DNA from: a bacterium
GTDB taxonomy: Bacteria > Hydrothermota > 32-111
Assembly (NCBI GenBank): GCA_050239825.1
Contig: JBFXGO010000037.1
Location: 1-20,318, forward strand
Direction of reading: 5' to 3'
DNA: 20,318 nucleotides
Shown here: piece by piece, positions 16,751 through 20,318 of the stretch
Layout of the letters: every line of letters begins with the position of its first letter
Numbering within the stretch: position 1 is the first letter of the stretch
The notes under the pieces: model-generated
What the model was told of the DNA's origin: nothing
Seen by the model: only the letters and a program-made list of their open reading frames with translations
The model's database searches: none
Translations under genes and position numbers: made by a program

Positions 16751-18259
16751 ATGAAAAAAAACATTTTGATTGTCGGGCTCGACGGAGGAACTTTCACATT
16801 AATTGAGGAGTTTGCCGCAAAGAATTCCCTTCCGTTCCTGTCTCTCATGATGGAGAGAGGCTCTTACGCAAGAATGCTCTCCATAGACCAGAACACGAGA
16901 GTTCCAATCTCTCCCACAATCTGGACATCCCTTGCATCCGGAAAGAGAGCAGAGAAGCACAACATCAAATCATTCTTCAATCTACAGTCGGACATAAAAT
17001 CTGCAAGATTCTTTGAAATATTCAACCATTACGGATACACTGTGGGAAATTTCGGCTGGGAGCTCACATGGCCTCCCGAAGATTACGGAGCATTCAACAT
17101 ACCTTGCAATATGGCGCGCGATAACTCCGCTCTTCCAAAAGAGGCATCCGCCGTTCAGGAGCTCAGGAAGAGGAGCAAGAAGAGGGGCGTGGGTCTGCTC
17201 TCCAATGCTATTCTCTTTCTGCGGCTTTTTAAACTCGGAGTCGGCTTTTCGACTCTTCTGAAGACAGCAGTCGATATTTCCCAAAAAACAGCCGACAAGA
17301 GAACAAAACAATTCCAAAATCTCATTAATGGCTCAAGAATAAACTTTTCATTATTCTGCAGTCTCTATAAAAAGTACAAACCCGACATAGGTTTTTACTT
17401 TATTCCGATAACAGATTCGGGAGCGCATTATTTTTGGAAATACTATGATGAAAAGAATTTTCCCGGCATAGACCCGGAAAAGAGAAAAAAGTATGGTCAG
17501 TTCCTCAAAACAATTTATGAGGAGGTTGACAGACAGCTTTCGGAGATACACAAACTCAATGAAGATGCTGATTTATTCATCATCTCAGACCATGGAATGA
17601 AGCCCATTATGGAGGGCTCTTTCGAGACCATTTCGTTAAGGGCAAAGAGATTCCTCGAGCTTGCCCAGCTTCAAGAAAAAGTCGAGCTCTACCATGTGGG
17701 ATTGAATTGCGTCATAAATGTCAGGGAAGGTTCTTCTATTGATGCAAAGTTCCTCTATAACTTTTTTAAAAATGCCCGGATTATTTCTCTGAACAAACCT
17801 TTTTTTGAAGTCATTGAAATGGACAATACAGGCAGAATCTTTCTTAAGGTGCTACAGAAGGATAAGGGCGATTACGAGGGGCACAACATTGAAGACCTTG
17901 AAGTGCGTCTCGGCAATTCGGTATGCAGGATGAGCGAAATCATCGAACTTAATGACCTGGAGCGCTCTGCAGACCATGATGAATGGGGAATTTTCATTCA
18001 TTTCTCAAAATCAAAAGAGGGCAGAAGAAAAATGAATGACTGCGAGATATATGATTTTCTCCCCACTCTGCTCTCCGCCGCAGGACTTCCGCTTTCAGAA
18101 GATTTTGACGGAAAGCCCGTTGACATAGGTTATAAGAATGATGGAAACAAAATCCCCACCTATAATTTCTTAGTCAAACATTCAGCTGTCGAATCATCTG
18201 TCGATGATTCTTATGTGAAAGATGAATTGAAGCGCCTCGGCTACATGAAGGATGAATAA
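16751..18259 (+). CDS. Alkaline phosphatase superfamily protein (type I phosphodiesterase/nucleotide pyrophosphatase-like)
   Basis: ILIVGLDGG (metal Asp), PISPTIWTSLASGKRAEKH (nucleophile loop), TDSGAHYFW, IISDHGM, DHDEWGIF, IYDFLPTLL, C-terminal VKDELKRLGY. Confidence 0.88.
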   Translation: MKKNILIVGLDGGTFTLIEEFAAKNSLPFLSLMMERGSYARMLSIDQNTRVPISPTIWTSLASGKRAEKHNIKSFFNLQSDIKSARFFEIFNHYGYTVGNFGWELTWPPEDYGAFNIPCNMARDNSALPKEASAVQELRKRSKKRGVGLLSNAILFLRLFKLGVGFSTLLKTAVDISQKTADKRTKQFQNLINGSRINFSLFCSLYKKYKPDIGFYFIPITDSGAHYFWKYYDEKNFPGIDPEKRKKYGQFLKTIYEEVDRQLSEIHKLNEDADLFIISDHGMKPIMEGSFETISLRAKRFLELAQLQEKVELYHVGLNCVINVREGSSIDAKFLYNFFKNARIISLNKPFFEVIEMDNTGRIFLKVLQKDKGDYEGHNIEDLEVRLGNSVCRMSEIIELNDLERSADHDEWGIFIHFSKSKEGRRKMNDCEIYDFLPTLLSAAGLPLSEDFDGKPVDIGYKNDGNKIPTYNFLVKHSAVESSVDDSYVKDELKRLGYMKDE

Positions 18260-19361
18260 GAAGAGTAAGAGCATCATATTCATTCTGATTGACGGAGCAA
18301 GGTTTGACTTTGTCACTAAGAACAAAACATACAATGATTTGTTTTCAAAATCCGAATGGTTCAACAGAGTATACACCACATCGCCTTATACTATAGCTTC
18401 GATGCATGCAACATTCACCGGTTTGTATCCCAAGCACAACAAAGTCAACGGATACCTGCGTCCTGAAAACCTTTCAGAGAGCGCTAAGACAATACCGCAG
18501 ATTCTTAAGGAGAGGGGATATTTCACGGCATGCAACATTCCGAGCCCGGTAGTGATGTCCCAAAGGGGATTCGATTATTATGAAATACATGACGAGTATC
18601 TTTTCAGGAATGCGGAAGAGCATCTTGACTGCATAAAAAGGCATGAAGCTTCAATGAAATCGTCACAGAATTTTTTCCTTTACTTTCATTACTCGCACAT
18701 ACACACATCTCTTTCAAACAGGGTTTTGAAGGTGTATGATGATTTTTCAGATGAGTATTTCGGTAAACAAGAGGAGAACAGAAGGATGCACTCCGAGGAT
18801 GTGCAGAAGTCAGCTGAATATCTGGAGCGGATTATTGGAGAACTCAAAAAAAAGGGGCTTCTGGAGAATGCAGATTTATGGATCGCTTCAGACCACGGAG
18901 TATCTGTCGGAGATGAAGTGGGGGAGAGGGCATACGGAGTTTACTTCTTTGACTATACGCTCCATACATTCCTTATAAAATATGGGGAAGAGAAAAAAAA
19001 AGATAATGACAGCTTCAGATGCACGATTGACACCCTTCCTCTAATGTTTAATGAAGCTGGAATAGAGATACCTGAAAATATTGACGGGAGGCTTACAAGA
19101 GAGAGGAAAAGAAAGCATCTGTTCAAGGAAACAACAGGGAATGAACCAATATTCCTCGAAACCGGAGGAGTGGGCGGGCCGTTTCCCTCTCCGGAAAAGC
19201 ATAATTTTTACGGAATTCTGACAGAGAACAGAAAACTTATTCACAACAGAACCATAGACGCCTATGAGGAGTATGAATACTCAAATAAAGGCGACAAACC
19301 TCTATTAAAGATTGACGCAGACTTAAAAAAACAACTCACAGAGTACGAGAGAGATGCATAA
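18252..19361 (+). CDS. Sulfatase-like hydrolase/transferase (AlkP superfamily, no CxPxR/SxPxR motif)
   Basis: IIFILIDGARFD, YTTSPYTIASMHATFTGLYP..N, TIPQILKERGYFT, RGFD, FFLYFHY..IH, IASDHG; 8-nt overlap ATGAATAA with the upstream gene. Confidence 0.82.
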   Translation: MNKKSKSIIFILIDGARFDFVTKNKTYNDLFSKSEWFNRVYTTSPYTIASMHATFTGLYPKHNKVNGYLRPENLSESAKTIPQILKERGYFTACNIPSPVVMSQRGFDYYEIHDEYLFRNAEEHLDCIKRHEASMKSSQNFFLYFHYSHIHTSLSNRVLKVYDDFSDEYFGKQEENRRMHSEDVQKSAEYLERIIGELKKKGLLENADLWIASDHGVSVGDEVGERAYGVYFFDYTLHTFLIKYGEEKKKDNDSFRCTIDTLPLMFNEAGIEIPENIDGRLTRERKRKHLFKETTGNEPIFLETGGVGGPFPSPEKHNFYGILTENRKLIHNRTIDAYEEYEYSNKGDKPLLKIDADLKKQLTEYERDA

Positions 19362-20318
19362 GAAGAGAGTTCTGATAATCTCTCACCTTTGGCCTAATAA
19401 TCCTCAAAGCAAAAATCCAATGAGTGGAATATATGTATTCGACCAAGTCGCAGAAATTTCCAAATTAACGGATATGCAAGTGGTAGTGCCTCTCTCGATT
19501 CTGCCGAGAGTCAGGGAGATGAAGAAATTCAAGGGAAGTTTATTTGAAACTGTAAGGAAAAGATTGGCATACACACCGGAGCGGGCGGAGAGTTTGAGGT
19601 ACATTTCAATTCTGGGAAAGCATCTTGATTCAATCTTTATAGCAGTTCTGCTTATGTTTAAAAGAGAATCAGATTATGATGTGATTCACTGCCACACAAT
19701 GTTTCCGGACGGACTTGCCGGGATGCTTCTCTCATTTTTCAAAAACAAGCCATTTATAGTTACAATACACGGCAGTGAGATGATGTTTATTGAATCTCAT
19801 CATTTAGACAGGTTTTTGGCAGTAAAAATTTTGAAAAAAGCAAAATCAGTCATTTCGGTAAGCGATTTGATGAAGGAAAAAATCTTGAAGGTGACAAACA
19901 AAGAAGCGAATGTCAAAGTCATAAGAAACGGCATAACAGAGCTCTTTCCGATGTCTGAAAAAAAGAGAATTATTTTTTTTGCGGGGAAACTGACAGATGT
20001 GAAGGACCCCTTGATGCTTATTGACTCTTTTGAAATATTTTCAAAAAAGTATGGTGATTTCAAGCTTGTGCTGGCAGGCGATGGCGAACTTAGAGAGGCG
20101 GTTGAAAACAAAATAAAAGAAAAGAATATGTCAGAGAGGGTCTCTCTTCTCGGCTATGTCAACAGGGAAAGAATGAAGAGTCTCTTTTCTGAGTCCTCAA
20201 TTCTTGCAATAACAAGCAAGTCAGAGGGGTTTCCCACTGTCATATATGAGTCATTCTCATCAGGAACTCCGATTGTCTCTTTTGATGTAGGCGGAGTTGG
20301 AGAGGCTGTAAAAGACAA
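19354..20318 (+). CDS. Glycosyltransferase family 4 (GT-B, TuaC-like), 3'-truncated by window edge
   Basis: Absent from the ORF track because there is no stop in the window. Manual translation from ATG 19354: MHKKRVLIISHLWP...SGIYVFDQ...DVIHCHTMFPDG...VTIHGSE...VISVS...IRNG...FAGKL..VK...LAGDGELR...SKSEGFPTVIYESFSSGTPIVSFDVGGVGE, containing the E-x7-E motif. Confidence 0.92.
   Translation, partial: MHKKRVLIISHLWPNNPQSKNPMSGIYVFDQVAEISKLTDMQVVVPLSILPRVREMKKFKGSLFETVRKRLAYTPERAESLRYISILGKHLDSIFIAVLLMFKRESDYDVIHCHTMFPDGLAGMLLSFFKNKPFIVTIHGSEMMFIESHHLDRFLAVKILKKAKSVISVSDLMKEKILKVTNKEANVKVIRNGITELFPMSEKKRIIFFAGKLTDVKDPLMLIDSFEIFSKKYGDFKLVLAGDGELREAVENKIKEKNMSERVSLLGYVNRERMKSLFSESSILAITSKSEGFPTVIYESFSSGTPIVSFDVGGVGEAVKD

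Noticed and set aside
126..20111. Numerous short (60-151 aa) antisense or alternate-frame ORFs in the track (e.g. 3580-4035, 10288-10716, 15818-16144, 19800-20111)
   Set aside because: They lie within well-supported genes, show no recognisable motifs, and look like shadow ORFs.
1..20318. CRISPR array, tRNA/rRNA, IS element or integrase
   Set aside because: No regularly spaced repeats, no intergenic region long or structured enough, and no transposase or integrase motifs seen.

Overview
Gene-dense bacterial chromosomal window; the gene mix suggests an FCB-related or candidate-phylum organism, which is inference only. Left part (+ strand): two tandem secreted proteins with T9SS/Por-like C-terminal sorting domains (the second is an FG-GAP/VCBS-repeat plus Ig-like protein), an orphan multi-TM methyl-accepting chemotaxis protein, rho and rpmE (L31). 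Middle (- strand): one tightly packed 7-gene run behind a near-consensus sigma70 promoter, namely giant TPR protein, coiled-coil/TPR protein, disordered 186-aa protein, pyrR-like, pyrB, pyrC, and an 856-aa protein carrying a highly divergent class III nucleotidyl (adenylate/guanylate) cyclase-like domain. Right part (+ strand): two signal-peptide-less alkaline-phosphatase-superfamily enzymes and a GT4 glycosyltransferase cut by the window edge. The most notable element is the cyclase-like gene abutting pyrC, in an operon whose PyrR homologue appears to have lost its RNA-binding residues and has no room for an attenuator. Two genes also look leaderless. No rRNA, tRNA, CRISPR or mobile element was seen.
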